From contig JBHGNT010000028.1 of assembly GCA_043228905.1 (NCBI GenBank), positions 248,001 through 312,000 of the forward strand: a stretch of DNA of 64,000 nt, given 5' to 3'. Source of the DNA: Azolla caroliniana. Its lineage: Eukaryota; Plantae; Polypodiophyta. Both the position numbers and the translations under genes were made by a program. The stretch's first letter is position 1; each line of letters opens with the position of its first letter. Under the pieces are notes generated by a model. The model was not told where the DNA came from. It worked only from the letters and a program-made list of their open reading frames with translations, and made no database searches. Shown here one piece after another: positions 14,201 to 28,400 of the stretch.

Positions 14201-14840
14201 CTAGCTCTTCCCAACTCCCTCCTCATGTTGCTAATTTTGTCATATCTCTCGACCTGAGTTTCAAAATCTTGATTTTTTAATTCCATATCCTAGCTAGCGT
14301 TGTTAGCTTCGATTCGCATGTTTGAACACAAAAATCCGATATCCCACTCGCCAGATATGAACATTTTAATTTACCTACTAGCTCTTCCCAACTCACTCCT
14401 CAAATTTGCTAATTTCGTCATGTCTCTCGACCTGAGTTTCAAAATCTTGATTCTTTAATTCCATATCATAGCTAGCGTTGTTAGCTTCGATTCGCATGTT
14501 TGAACACAAAAATCCGATATCACACTCGCCAGTTATGAACATTTTAATTTACCTAGTAGCTCTTCCCAACTCCCTCGTCAAGGTTGCTAATTTCGTCATG
14601 TCTCTCGACCTGAGTTTCAAAATCTTGATTTTTTAATTGCATATCATAGCTAGCGTTGTTAGCTTCGATTCGCATGTTTGAACACAAAAATCCGATATCA
14701 CACTCGCCAGATATGAACATTTTAATTTACCTACTAGCTCTTCCCAACTCACTCCTCAAATTTGGGAATTTCGTCATGTCTCTCGACCTGAGTTTCAAAA
14801 TCTTGATTTTTTAATTCGAGATCATAGCTAGCATTGTTAG
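11290..14840. repeat. Tandem duplication of a 10-monomer (1780-bp) unit; boundaries approximate
   Basis: The marker monomer GATAATGTTG...CCGAATATCCC recurs at offset 1780 (ORF-track copies at 11883 and 13663). ATGATTGAAC (12361/14141) and CACCAAAATC (11301/13081) show the same offset. Confidence 0.8.
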
Positions 14841-17800
14841 CTTCGATTCGCATGTTTGAACACAAAAATCCGATATCACACTCGCCAGATATGAACATTT
14901 TAATTTACCTACTAGCTCTTCCCAACTCACTCCTCAAATTTGCTAATTTCGTCATGTCTCTCGACATGAGTTTCAAAATCTTGATTTTTTAATTCCATAT
15001 CATAGCTAGCGTTGTTAGCTTCGATTCGCATGTTTGAACACAAAAATCCGATATCACACTCGCCAGTTATGAACATTTTAATTTACCTAGTAGCTCTTCC
15101 CAACTCCCTCCTAATGTTGCTAATTTCGTCATGTCTCTCGACCTGAGTTTCAAAATCTTGATTTTTTAATTGCATATCATAGCTAGCGTTGTTAGCTTCG
15201 ATTCGCATGTTTGAACACAAAAATCCGATATCACACGAGCCAGGTATGAACATTTTAATTTACTCCAGGGTTCCTCTCAACTCCCTCGTCAAGGTTGCTA
15301 ATTTCGTCATGTCTCTCGACCTGAGTTTCAAAATCTTGATTTTTTAATTCCATATCATAGCTAGCATTGTTAGCTTCGATTCGCATGTTTGAACACAAAA
15401 ATCCGATATCACACTCGCCAGATATGAACATTTTAATTTACCTAGCAGCTCTTCCCAACTCACTCCTTAAATTTGCTAATTTCGTCATGTCTCTCGACCT
15501 GAGTTTCAAAATCTTGATTTTTTAATTCCATATCATAGCTAGCGTTGTTAGCTTCGATTCGCATGTTTGAACACAAAAATCCGATATCACACGAGCCAGG
15601 TATGATCATTTTAATTTACCTACTAGCTCTTCCCAACTCACTCCTCAAATTTGCTAATTTCGTCATGTCTCTCGACGTGAGTTTCAAAATCTTGATTTTT
15701 TAATTGCATATCATAGCTAGCGTTGTTAGCTTCGATTCGCATGTTTGAAGACAAAAGTCCGATATCACACTTGCCAGTTATGAACATTTTAATTTACCTA
15801 GTAGCTCTTCCCAACTCCCTCCTAATGTTGCTAATTTCGTCATGTCTCTCGACCTGAGTTTCAAAATCTTGATTTTTTAATTGCATATCATAGCTAGCGT
15901 TGTTAGCTTCGATTCGCATGTTTGAACACCAAAATCCGATATCCCACTCGCCAGATATGAACATTTTAATTTACCTACTAGCTCTTCCCAACTCACTCCT
16001 CAAATTTGGGAATTTCGTCATGTCTCTCGACCTGAGTTTCAAAATCTTGATTTTTTAATTCCATATCCTAGCTAGCGTTGTTAGCTTCGATTCGCATGTT
16101 TGAACACAAAAATCCGATATCCCACTCGCCAGATATGAACATTTTAATTTACCTACTAGCTCTTCCCAACTCACTCCTCAAATTTGCTAATTTCGTCATG
16201 TCTCTCGACCTGAGTTTCAAAATCTTGATTCTTTAATTCCATATCATAGCTAGCGTTGTTAGCTTCGATTCGCATGTTTGAACACAAAAATCCGATATCA
16301 CACTCGCCAGTTATGAACATTTTAATTTACCTAGTAGCTCTTCCCAACTCCCTCGTCAAGGTTGCTAATTTCGTCATGTCTCTCGACCTGAGTTTCAAAA
16401 TCTTGATTTTTTAATTGCATATCATAGCTAGCGTTGTTAGCTTCGATTCGCATGTTTGAACACCAAAATCCGATATCACACTCGCCAGATATGAACATTT
16501 TAATTTACCTACTAGCTCTTCCCAACTCACTCCTCAAATTTGGGAATTTCGTCATGTCTCTCGACCTGAGTTTCAAAATCTTGATTTTTTAATTCGAGAT
16601 CATAGCTAGCATTGTTAGCTTCGATTCGCATGTTTGAACACAAAAATCCGATATCACACTCGCCAGATATGAACATTTTAATTTACCTACTAGCTCTTCC
16701 CAACTCACTCCTCAAATTTGCTAATTTCGTCATGTCTCTCGACATGAGTTTCAAAATCTTGATTTTTTAATTCCATATCATAGCTAGCGTTGTTAGCTTC
16801 GATTCGCATGTTTGAACACAAAAATCCGATATCACACTCGCCAGTTATGAACATTTTAATTTACCTAGTAGCTCTTCCCAACTCCCTCCTAATGTTGCTA
16901 ATTTCGTCATGTCTCTCGACCTGAGTTTCAAAATCTTGATTTTTTAATTGCATATCATAGCTAGCGTTGTTAGCTTCGATTCGCATGTTTGAACACAAAA
17001 ATCCGATATCACACTCGCCAGATATGAACATTTTAATTTACCTACTAGCTCTTCCCAACTCACTCCTCAAATTTGGGAATTTCGTCATGTCTCTCGACCT
17101 GAGTTTCAAAATCTTGATTTTTTAATTCCATATCGTAGCTAGCGTTGTTAGCTTCGATTCACATGTTTGAACACAAAAATCCGATATCACACGAGCCAGG
17201 TATGATCATTTTAATTTATTCAAGGGCTCTTCTCAACTCCCTCGTCAAGGTTGCTAATTTCTTCATGTCTCTCGACCTGAGTTTCAAAATCTTGATTTTT
17301 TAATTCGAGATCATAGCTAGCATTGTTAGCTTCGATTCGCATGTTTGAACACAAAAATCCGATATCACACTCGCCAGATATGAACATTTTAATTTACCTA
17401 CTAGCTCTTCCCAACTCACTCCTCAAATTTGCTAATTTCGTCATGTCTCTCGACATGAGTTTCAAAATCTTGATTTTTTAATTCCATATCATAGCTAGCG
17501 TTGTTAGCTTCGATTCGCATGTTTGAACACAAAAATCCGATATCACACTCGCCAGTTATGAACATTTTAATTTACCTAGTAGCTCTTCCCAACTCCCTCC
17601 TAATGTTGCTAATTTCGTCATGTCTCTCGACCTGAGTTTCAAAATCTTGATTTTTTAATTGCATATCATAGCTAGCGTTGTTAGCTTCGATTCGCATGTT
17701 TGAACACAAAAATCCGATATCACACTCGCCAGATATGAACATTTTAATTTACCTACTAGCTCTTCCCAACTCACTCCTCAAATTTGGGAATTTCGTCATG

Positions 17801-20800
17801 TCTCTCGACCTGAGTTTCAAAATCTTGATTTTTTAATTCCATATCGTAGCTAGCGTTGTTAGCTTCGATTCACATGTTTGAACACAAAAATCCGATATCA
17901 CACGAGCCAGGTATGATCATTTTAATTTATTCAAGGGCTCTTCTCAACTCCCTCGTCAAGGTTGCTAATTTCTTCATGTCTCTCGACCTGAGTTTCAAAA
18001 TCTTGATTTTTTAATTCCATATCATAGCTAGCGTTGTTAGCTTCGATTCGCATGTTTGAACACAAAAATCCGATATCACACTCGCCAGTTATGAACATTT
18101 TAATTTACCTACTAGCTCTTCCCAACTCCCTCCTCATGTTGCTAATTTTGTCATGTCTCTCGACCTGAGTTTCAAAATCTTGATTTTTTAATTCCATATC
18201 ATAGCTAGCGTTGTTAGCTTCGATTCGCATGTTTGAACACAAAAATCCGATATCACACGAGCCAGATATGAACATTTTAATTTACCTACTAGCTCTTCCC
18301 AACTCACTCCTCAAATTTGGGAATTTCGTCATGTCTCTCGACCTGAGTTTCAAAATCTTGATTTTTTAATTCCATATCGTAGCTAGCGTTGTTAGCTTCG
18401 ATTCACATGTTTGAACACAAAAATCCGATATCACACGAGCCAGGTATGATCATTTTAATTTATTCAAGGGCTCTTCTCAACTCCCTCGTCAAGGTTGCTA
18501 ATTTCTTCATGTCTCTCGACCTGAGTTTCAAAATCTTGATTTTTTAATTCCATATCATAGATAATGTTGTTAGCTTCGATTCGCATGTTTGAACACAAAA
18601 ATCCGAATATCCCACTCGCCAGATATGAACATTTTAATTTACCTACTAGCTCTTCCCAACTCACTCCTCAAATTTGGGAATTTCGTCATGTCTCTCGACC
18701 TGAGTTTCAAAATCTTGATTTTTTAATTCCATATCATAGCTAGCGTTGTTAGCTTCGATTCGCATGTTTGAACACAAAAATCCGATATCCCACTCGCCAG
18801 ATATGAACATTTTAATTTACCTACTAGCTCTTCCCAACTCACTCCTCAAATTTGGGAATTTCGTCATGTCTCTCGACCTGAGTTTCAAAATCTTGATTTT
18901 TTAATTCCATATCATAGCTAGCGTTGTTAGCTTCGATTCGCATGTTTGAACACAAAAATCCGATATCCCACTCGCCAGATATGAACATTTTAATTTACCT
19001 ACTAGCTCTTCCCAACTCACTCCTCAAATTTGGGAATTTCGTCATGTCTCTCGACCTGAGTTTCAAAATCTTGATTTTTTAATTCCATATCATAGCTAAC
19101 GTTGTTAGCTTCGATTCACATGATTGAACACAAAAATCCGATATCACACTCGCCAGTTATGAACATTTTAATTTACCTACTAGCTCTTCCCAACTCCCTC
19201 CTCATGTTGCTAATTTTGTCATATCTCTCGACCTGAGTTTCAAAATCTTGATTTTTTAATTCCATATCCTAGCTAGCGTTGTTAGCTTCGATTCGCATGT
19301 TTGAACACAAAAATCCGATATCCCACTCGCCAGATATGAACATTTTAATTTACCTACTAGCTCTTCCCAACTCACTCCTCAAATTTGCTAATTTCGTCAT
19401 GTCTCTCGACCTGAGTTTCAAAATCTTGATTCTTTAATTCCATATCATAGCTAGCGTTGTTAGCTTCGATTCGCATGTTTGAACACAAAAATCCGATATC
19501 ACACTCGCCAGTTATGAACATTTTAATTTACCTAGTAGCTCTTCCCAACTCCCTCGTCAAGGTTGCTAATTTCGTCATGTCTCTCGACCTGAGTTTCAAA
19601 ATCTTGATTTTTTAATTGCATATCATAGCTAGCGTTGTTAGCTTCGATTCGCATGTTTGAACACAAAAATCCGATATCACACTCGCCAGATATGAACATT
19701 TTAATTTACCTACTAGCTCTTCCCAACTCACTCCTCAAATTTGGGAATTTCGTCATGTCTCTCGACCTGAGTTTCAAAATCTTGATTTTTTAATTCGAGA
19801 TCATAGCTAGCATTGTTAGCTTCGATTCGCATGTTTGAACACAAAAATCCGATATCACACTCGCCAGATATGAACATTTTAATTTACCTACTAGCTCTTC
19901 CCAACTCACTCCTCAAATTTGCTAATTTCGTCATGTCTCTCGACATGAGTTTCAAAATCTTGATTTTTTAATTCCATATCATAGCTAGCGTTGTTAGCTT
20001 CGATTCGCATGTTTGAACACAAAAATCCGATATCACACTCGCCAGTTATGAACATTTTAATTTACCTAGTAGCTCTTCCCAACTCCCTCCTAATGTTGCT
20101 AATTTCGTCATGTCTCTCGACCTGAGTTTCAAAATCTTGATTTTTTAATTGCATATCATAGCTAGCGTTGTTAGCTTCGATTCGCATGTTTGAACACAAA
20201 AATCCGATATCACACGAGCCAGGTATGAACATTTTAATTTACTCCAGGGTTCCTCTCAACTCCCTCGTCAAGGTTGCTAATTTCGTCATGTCTCTCGACC
20301 TGAGTTTCAAAATCTTGATTTTTTAATTCCATATCATAGCTAGCGTTGTTAGCTTCGATTCGCATGTTTGAACACAAAAATCCGATATCACACTCGCCAG
20401 ATATGAACATTTTAATTTACCTAGCAGCTCTTCCCAACTCACTCCTTAAATTTGCTAATTTCGTCATGTCTCTCGACCTGAGTTTCAAAATCTTGATTTT
20501 TTAATTCCATATCATAGCTAGCGTTGTTAGCTTCGATTCGCATGTTTGAACACAAAAATCCGATATCACACGAGCCAGGTATGATCATTTTAATTTACCT
20601 ACTAGCTCTTCCCAACTCACTCCTCAAATTTGCTAATTTCGTCATGTCTCTCGACGTGAGTTTCAAAATCTTGATTTTTTAATTGCATATCATAGCTAGC
20701 GTTGTTAGCTTCGATTCGCATGTTTGAACACAAAAGTCCGATATCACACTCGCCAGTTATGAACATTTTAATTTACCTAGTAGCTCTTCCCAACTCCCTC

Positions 20801-22079
20801 CTAATGTTGCTAATTTCGTCATGTCTCTCGACCTGAGTTTCAAAATCTTGATTTTTTAATTGCATATCATAGCTAGCGTTGTTAGCTTCGATTCGCATGT
20901 TTGAACACCAAAATCCGATATCCCACTCGCCAGATATGAACATTTTAATTTACCTACTAGCTCTTCCCAACTCACTCCTCAAATTTGGGAATTTCGTCAT
21001 GTCTCTCGACCTGAGTTTCAAAATCTTGATTTTTTAATTCCATATCCTAGCTAGCGTTGTTAGCTTCGATTCGCATGTTTGAACACAAAAATCCGATATC
21101 CCACTCGCCAGATATGAACATTTTAATTTACCTACTAGCTCTTCCCAACTCACTCCTCAAATTTGCTAATTTTGTCATGTCTCTCGACCTGAGTTTCAAA
21201 ATCTTGATTTTTTAATTCCATATCCTAGCTAGCGTTGTTAGCTTCGATTCGCATGTTTGAACACAAAAATCCGATATCACACTCGCCAGTTATGAACATT
21301 TTAATTTACCTAGTAGCTCTTCCCAACTCCCTCGTCAAGGTTGCTAATTTCGTCATGTCTCTCGACCTGAGTTTCAAAATCTTGATTTTTTAATTGCATA
21401 TCATAGCTAGCGTTGTTAGCTTCGATTCGCATGTTTGAACACAAAAATCCGATATCACACTCGCCAGATATGAACATTTTAATTTACCTACTAGCTCTTC
21501 CCAACTCACTCCTCAAATTTGGGAATTTCGTCATGTCTCTCGACCTGAGTTTCAAAATCTTGATTTTTTAATTCGAGATCATAGCTAGCATTGTTAGCTT
21601 CGATTCGCATGTTTGAACACAAAAATCCGATATCACACTCGCCAGATATGAACATTTTAATTTACCTACTAGCTCTTCCCAACTCACTCCTCAAATTTGC
21701 TAATTTCGTCATGTCTCTCGACATGAGTTTCAAAATCTTGATTTTTTAATTCCATATCATAGCTAGCGTTGTTAGCTTCGATTCGCATGTTTGAACACAA
21801 AAATCCGATATCACACTCGCCAGTTATGAACATTTTAATTTACCTAGTAGCTCTTCCCAACTCCCTCCTAATGTTGCTAATTTCGTCATGTCTCTCGACC
21901 TGAGTTTCAAAATCTTGATTTTTTAATTGCATATCATAGCTAGCGTTGTTAGCTTCGATTCGCATGTTTGAACACAAAAATCCGATATCACACTCGCCAG
22001 ATATGAACATTTTAATTTACCTACTAGCTCTTCCCAACTCACTCCTCAAATTTGGGAATTTCGTCATGTCTCTCGACCT

Positions 22080-25000
22080 GAGTTTCAAAATCTTGATTTT
22101 TTAATTCCATATCGTAGCTAGCGTTGTTAGCTTCGATTCACATGTTTGAACACAAAAATCCGATATCACACGAGCCAGGTATGATCATTTTAATTTATTC
22201 AAGGGCTCTTCTCAACTCCCTCGTCAAGGTTGCTAATTTCTTCATGTCTCTCGACCTGAGTTTCAAAATCTTGATTTTTTAATTCGAGATCATAGCTAGC
22301 ATTGTTAGCTTCGATTCGCATGTTTGAACACAAAAATCCGATATCACACTCGCCAGATATGAACATTTTAATTTACCTACTAGCTCTTCCCAACTCACTC
22401 CTCAAATTTGCTAATTTCGTCATGTCTCTCGACATGAGTTTCAAAATCTTGATTTTTTAATTCCATATCATAGCTAGCGTTGTTAGCTTCGATTCGCATG
22501 TTTGAACACAAAAATCCGATATCACACTCGCCAGTTATGAACATTTTAATTTACCTAGTAGCTCTTCCCAACTCCCTCCTAATGTTGCTAATTTCGTCAT
22601 GTCTCTCGACCTGAGTTTCAAAATCTTGATTTTTTAATTGCATATCATAGCTAGCGTTGTTAGCTTCGATTCGCATGTTTGAACACAAAAATCCGATATC
22701 ACACTCGCCAGATATGAACATTTTAATTTACCTACTAGCTCTTCCCAACTCACTCCTCAAATTTGGGAATTTCGTCATGTCTCTCGACCTGAGTTTCAAA
22801 ATCTTGATTTTTTAATTCCATATCGTAGCTAGCGTTGTTAGCTTCGATTCACATGTTTGAACACAAAAATCCGATATCACACGAGCCAGGTATGATCATT
22901 TTAATTTATTCAAGGGCTCTTCTCAACTCCCTCGTCAAGGTTGCTAATTTCTTCATGTCTCTCGACCTGAGTTTCAAAATCTTGATTTTTTAATTCCATA
23001 TCGTAGCTAGCGTTGTTAGCTTCGATTCACATGTTTGAACACAAAAATCCGATATCACACGAGCCAGGTATGATCATTTTAATTTACTCAAGGGCTCTTC
23101 TCAACTCCCTCGTCAAGGTTGCTAATTTCTTCATGTCTCTCGACCTGAGTTTCAAAATCTTGATTTTTTAATTCCATATCATAGCTAGCGTTGTTAGCTT
23201 CGATTCGCATGTTTGAACACAAAAATCCGATATCACACTCGCCAGATATGAACATTTTAATTTACCTACTAGCTCTTCCCAACTCACTCCTCAAATTTGC
23301 TAATTTCGTCATGTCTCTCGACATGAGTTTCAAAATCTTGATTTTTTAATTCCATATCATAGCTAGCGTTGTTAGCTTCGATTCGCATGTTTGAACACAA
23401 AAATCCGATATCACACTCGCCAGTTATGAACATTTTAATTTACCTAGTAGCTCTTCCCAACTCCCTCCTAATGTTGCTAATTTCGTCATGTCTCTCGACC
23501 TGAGTTTCAAAATCTTGATTTTTTAATTGCATATCATAGCTAGCGTTGTTAGCTTCGATTCGCATGTTTGAACACAAAAATCCGATATCACACTCGCCAG
23601 ATATGAACATTTTAATTTACCTACTAGCTCTTCCCAACTCACTCCTCAAATTTGGGAATTTCGTCATGTCTCTCGACCTGAGTTTCAAAATCTTGATTTT
23701 TTAATTCCATATCGTAGCTAGCGTTGTTAGCTTCGATTCACATGTTTGAACACAAAAATCCGATATCACACGAGCCAGGTATGATCATTTTAATTTATTC
23801 AAGGGCTCTTCTCAACTCCCTCGTCAAGGTTGCTAATTTCTTCATGTCTCTCGACCTGAGTTTCAAAATCTTGATTTTTTAATTCGAGATCATAGCTAGC
23901 ATTGTTAGCTTCGATTCGCATGTTTGAACACAAAAATCCGATATCACACTCGCCAGATATGAACATTTTAATTTACCTACTAGCTCTTCCCAACTCACTC
24001 CTCAAATTTGCTAATTTCGTCATGTCTCTCGACATGAGTTTCAAAATCTTGATTTTTTAATTCCATATCATAGCTAGCGTTGTTAGCTTCGATTCGCATG
24101 TTTGAACACAAAAATCCGATATCACACTCGCCAGTTATGAACATTTTAATTTACCTAGTAGCTCTTCCCAACTCCCTCCTAATGTTGCTAATTTCGTCAT
24201 GTCTCTCGACCTGAGTTTCAAAATCTTGATTTTTTAATTGCATATCATAGCTAGCGTTGTTAGCTTCGATTCGCATGTTTGAACACAAAAATCCGATATC
24301 ACACTCGCCAGATATGAACATTTTAATTTACCTACTAGCTCTTCCCAACTCACTCCTCAAATTTGGGAATTTCGTCATGTCTCTCGACCTGAGTTTCAAA
24401 ATCTTGATTTTTTAATTCCATATCGTAGCTAGCGTTGTTAGCTTCGATTCACATGTTTGAACACAAAAATCCGATATCACACGAGCCAGGTATGATCATT
24501 TTAATTTATTCAAGGGCTCTTCTCAACTCCCTCGTCAAGGTTGCTAATTTCTTCATGTCTCTCGACCTGAGTTTCAAAATCTTGATTTTTTAATTCCATA
24601 TCGTAGCTAGCGTTGTTAGCTTCGATTCACATGTTTGAACACAAAAATCCGATATCACACGAGCCAGGTATGATCATTTTAATTTACTCAAGGGCTCTTC
24701 TCAACTCCCTCGTCAAGGTTGCTAATTTCTTCATGTCTCTCGACCTGAGTTTCAAAATCTTGATTTTTTAATTCCATATCATAGCTAGCGTTGTTAGCTT
24801 CGATTCGCATGTTTGAACACAAAAATCCGATATCACACTCGCCAGATATGAACATTTTAATTTACCTACTAGCTCTTCCCAACTCACTCCTCAAATTTGC
24901 TAATTTCGTCATGTCTCTCGACATGAGTTTCAAAATCTTGATTTTTTAATTCCATATCATAGCTAGCGTTGTTAGCTTCGATTCGCATGTTTGAACACAA

Positions 25001-25280
25001 AAATCCGATATCACACTCGCCAGTTATGAACATTTTAATTTACCTAGTAGCTCTTCCCAACTCCCTCCTAATGTTGCTAATTTCGTCATGTCTCTCGACC
25101 TGAGTTTCAAAATCTTGATTTTTTAATTGCATATCATAGCTAGCGTTGTTAGCTTCGATTCGCATGTTTGAACACAAAAATCCGATATCACACTCGCCAG
25201 ATATGAACATTTTAATTTACCTACTAGCTCTTCCCAACTCACTCCTCAAATTTGGGAATTTCGTCATGTCTCTCGACCTG
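22080..25280. repeat. Tandem duplication of a 9-monomer (1600-bp) HOR made of a 4-mer and a 5-mer; boundaries approximate
   Basis: CAAGGGCTCTTCTC markers near 22200/23800, 22911/24511 and 23089/24689 are each 1600 bp apart. Confidence 0.8.
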
Positions 25281-25449
25281 AGTTTCAAAATCTTGATTTT
25301 TTAATTCGAGATCATAGCTAGCATTGTTAGCTTCGATTCGCATGTTTGAACACAAAAATCCGATATCACACTCGCCAGATATGAACATTTTAATTTACCT
25401 ACTAGCTCTTCCCAACTCACTCCTCAAATTTGGGAATTTCGTCATGTCT

Positions 25450-28400
25450 CTCGACCTGAGTTTCAAAATCTTGATTCTTTAATTCCATATCATAGCTAGC
25501 GTTGTTAGCTTCGATTCGCATGTTTGAACACAAAAATCCGATATCCCACTCGCCAGATATGAACATTTTAATTTACCTACTAGCTCTTCCCAACTCACTC
25601 CTCAAATTTGCTAATTTCGTCATGTCTCTCGACCTGAGTTTCAAAATCTTGATTCTTTAATTCCATATCATAGCTAGCGTTGTTAGCTTCGATTCGCATG
25701 TTTGAACACAAAAATCCGATATCACACTCGCCAGTTATGAACATTTTAATTTACCTAGTAGCTCTTCCCAACTCCCTCGTCAAGGTTGCTAATTTCGTCA
25801 TGTCTCTCGACCTGAGTTTCAAAATCTTGATTTTTTAATTGCATATCATAGCTAGCGTTATTAGCTTCGATTCGCATGTTTGAACACAAAAATCCGATAT
25901 CACACTCGCCAGATATGAACATTTTAATTTACCTACTAGCTCTTCCCAACTCACTCCTCAAATTTGGGAATTTCGTCATGTCTCTCGACCTGAGTTTCAA
26001 AATCTTGATTTTTTAATTCGAGATCATAGCTAGCATTGTTAGCTTCGATTCGCATGTTTGAACACAAAAATCCGATATCACACTCGCCAGATATGAACAT
26101 TTTAATTTACCTACTAGCTCTTCCCAACTCACTCCTCAAATTTGCTAATTTCGTCATGTCTCTCGACATGAGTTTCAAAATCTTGATTTTTTAATTCCAT
26201 ATCATAGCTAGCGTTGTTAGCTTCGATTCGCATGTTTGAACACAAAAATCCGATATCACACTCGCCAGTTATGAACATTTTAATTTACCTAGTAGCTCTT
26301 CCCAACTCCCTCCTAATGTTGCTATTTTCGTCATGTCTCTCGACCTGAGTTTCAAAATCTTGATTTTTTAATTCGAGATCATAGCTAGCATTGTTAGCTT
26401 CGATTCGCATGTTTGAACACAAAAATCCGATATCACACGAGCCAGGTATGAACATTTTAATTTACTCCAGGGTTCTTCCCAACTCACTCCTCAAATTTGC
26501 TAATTTCGTCATGTCTCTCGACCTGAGTTTCAAAATCTTGATTCTTTAATTCGATATCATAGCTAGCGTTGTTAGCTTCGATTCGCATGTTTGAACACAA
26601 AAATCCGATATCACACTCGCCAGATATGAACATTTTAATTTACCTACTAGCTCTTCCCAACTCACTCCTCAAATTTGGGAATTTCGTCATGTCTCTCGAC
26701 CTGAGTTTCAAAATCTTGATTTTTTAATTCCATATCGTAGCTAGCGTTGTTAGCTTCGATTCACATGTTTGAACACAAAAATCCGATATCACACGAGCCA
26801 GGTATGATCATTTTAATTTATTCAAGGGCTCTTCTCAACTCCCTCGTCAAGGTTGCTAATTTCTTCATGTCTCTCGACCTGAGTTTCAAAATCTTGATTT
26901 TTTAATTCCATATCATAGCTAGCGTTGTTAGCTTCGATTCGCATGTTTGAACACAAAAATCCGATATCACACTCGCCAGTTATGAACATTTTAATTTACC
27001 TACTAGCTCTTCCCAACTCCCTCCTCATGTTGCTAATTTTGTCATGTCTCTCGACCTGAGTTTCAAAAGTCTTGATTTTTTAATTCCATATCCTAGCTAG
27101 CGTTGTTAGCTTCGATTCGCATGTTTGAACACAAAAATCCGATATCCCACTCGCCAGATATGAACATTTTAATTTACCTACTAGCTCTTCCCAACTCACT
27201 CCTCAAATTTGCTAATTTCGTCATGTCTCTCGACCTGAGTTTCAAAATCTTGATTCTTTAATTCCATATCATAGCTAGCGTTGTTAGCTTCGATTCGCAT
27301 GTTTGAACACAAAAATCCGATATCACACTCGCCAGATATGAACATTTTAATTTACCTACTAGCTCTTCCCAACTCACTCCTCAAATTTGCTAATTTCGTC
27401 ATGTCTCTTGACATGAGTTTCAAAATCTTGATTTTTTAATTCCATTTTATAGCTCGCGTTGTTAGCTTCGATTCGCATGTTTGAACACAAAAATCCGATA
27501 TCACACTCGCCAGATATGAACATTTTAATTTACCTACTAGCTCTTCCCAACTCACTCCTCAAATTTGGGAATTTCGTCATGTCTCTCGACCTGAGTTTCA
27601 AAATCTTGATTTTTTAATTCCATATCGTAACTAGCGTTGTTAGCTTCGATTTACATGTTTGAACACAAAAATCCGATATCACACGAGCCAGGTATGATCA
27701 TTTTAATTTACTCAAGGGCTCTTCTCAACTCCCTCGTCAGCGTTGCTAATTTCGTCATGTTTGAATCTTGACTTTTTAATTCAAAATCTTGAACACTCCA
27801 GGGTTCCTCTCAACTCCCTCGTCAAGGTTGCTAATTTCGTGATGTCTCTCGACCTGAGATTCAAAATCTTGAGTTTTTAATTCCATATCATAGCTAGCGT
27901 TGTTAGCTTCGATTCGCATGTTTGAACACAAAAATCCGATATCACACTCGCCAGATATGAACATTTTAATTTACTCAAGGGCTCCTCTCAACTCCCTCCT
28001 CATGTTTGCTAATATCGTCAGGTCTCTCAACCTGAGTTTCAAAATCTTGATTTTTTAATTCCATATCATAGCTAGCGTTGTTAGCTTCGATTGGAATGTT
28101 TGAACACAAAAATCCGATATCACACGAGCCAGGTATGAACATTTTAATTTACCTATTACCTCTTCTAAACTCACTCCTCAAATTTGGTAATTTTGGCATG
28201 TCTCTCGACCTGAGTTTCAAAATCTTGATTTTTTAATACCATATCATAGCTAGCGTTGTTAGCTTCGATTCGCATGTTTGAACACAAAAATCCGATATCA
28301 CACTCGCCAGTTATGAACATTTTAATTTACCTACTAGCTCTTCCCAACTCCCTCCTCATGTTGCTAATTTCGTCATGTCTCTCGACCTGAGTTTCAAAAT

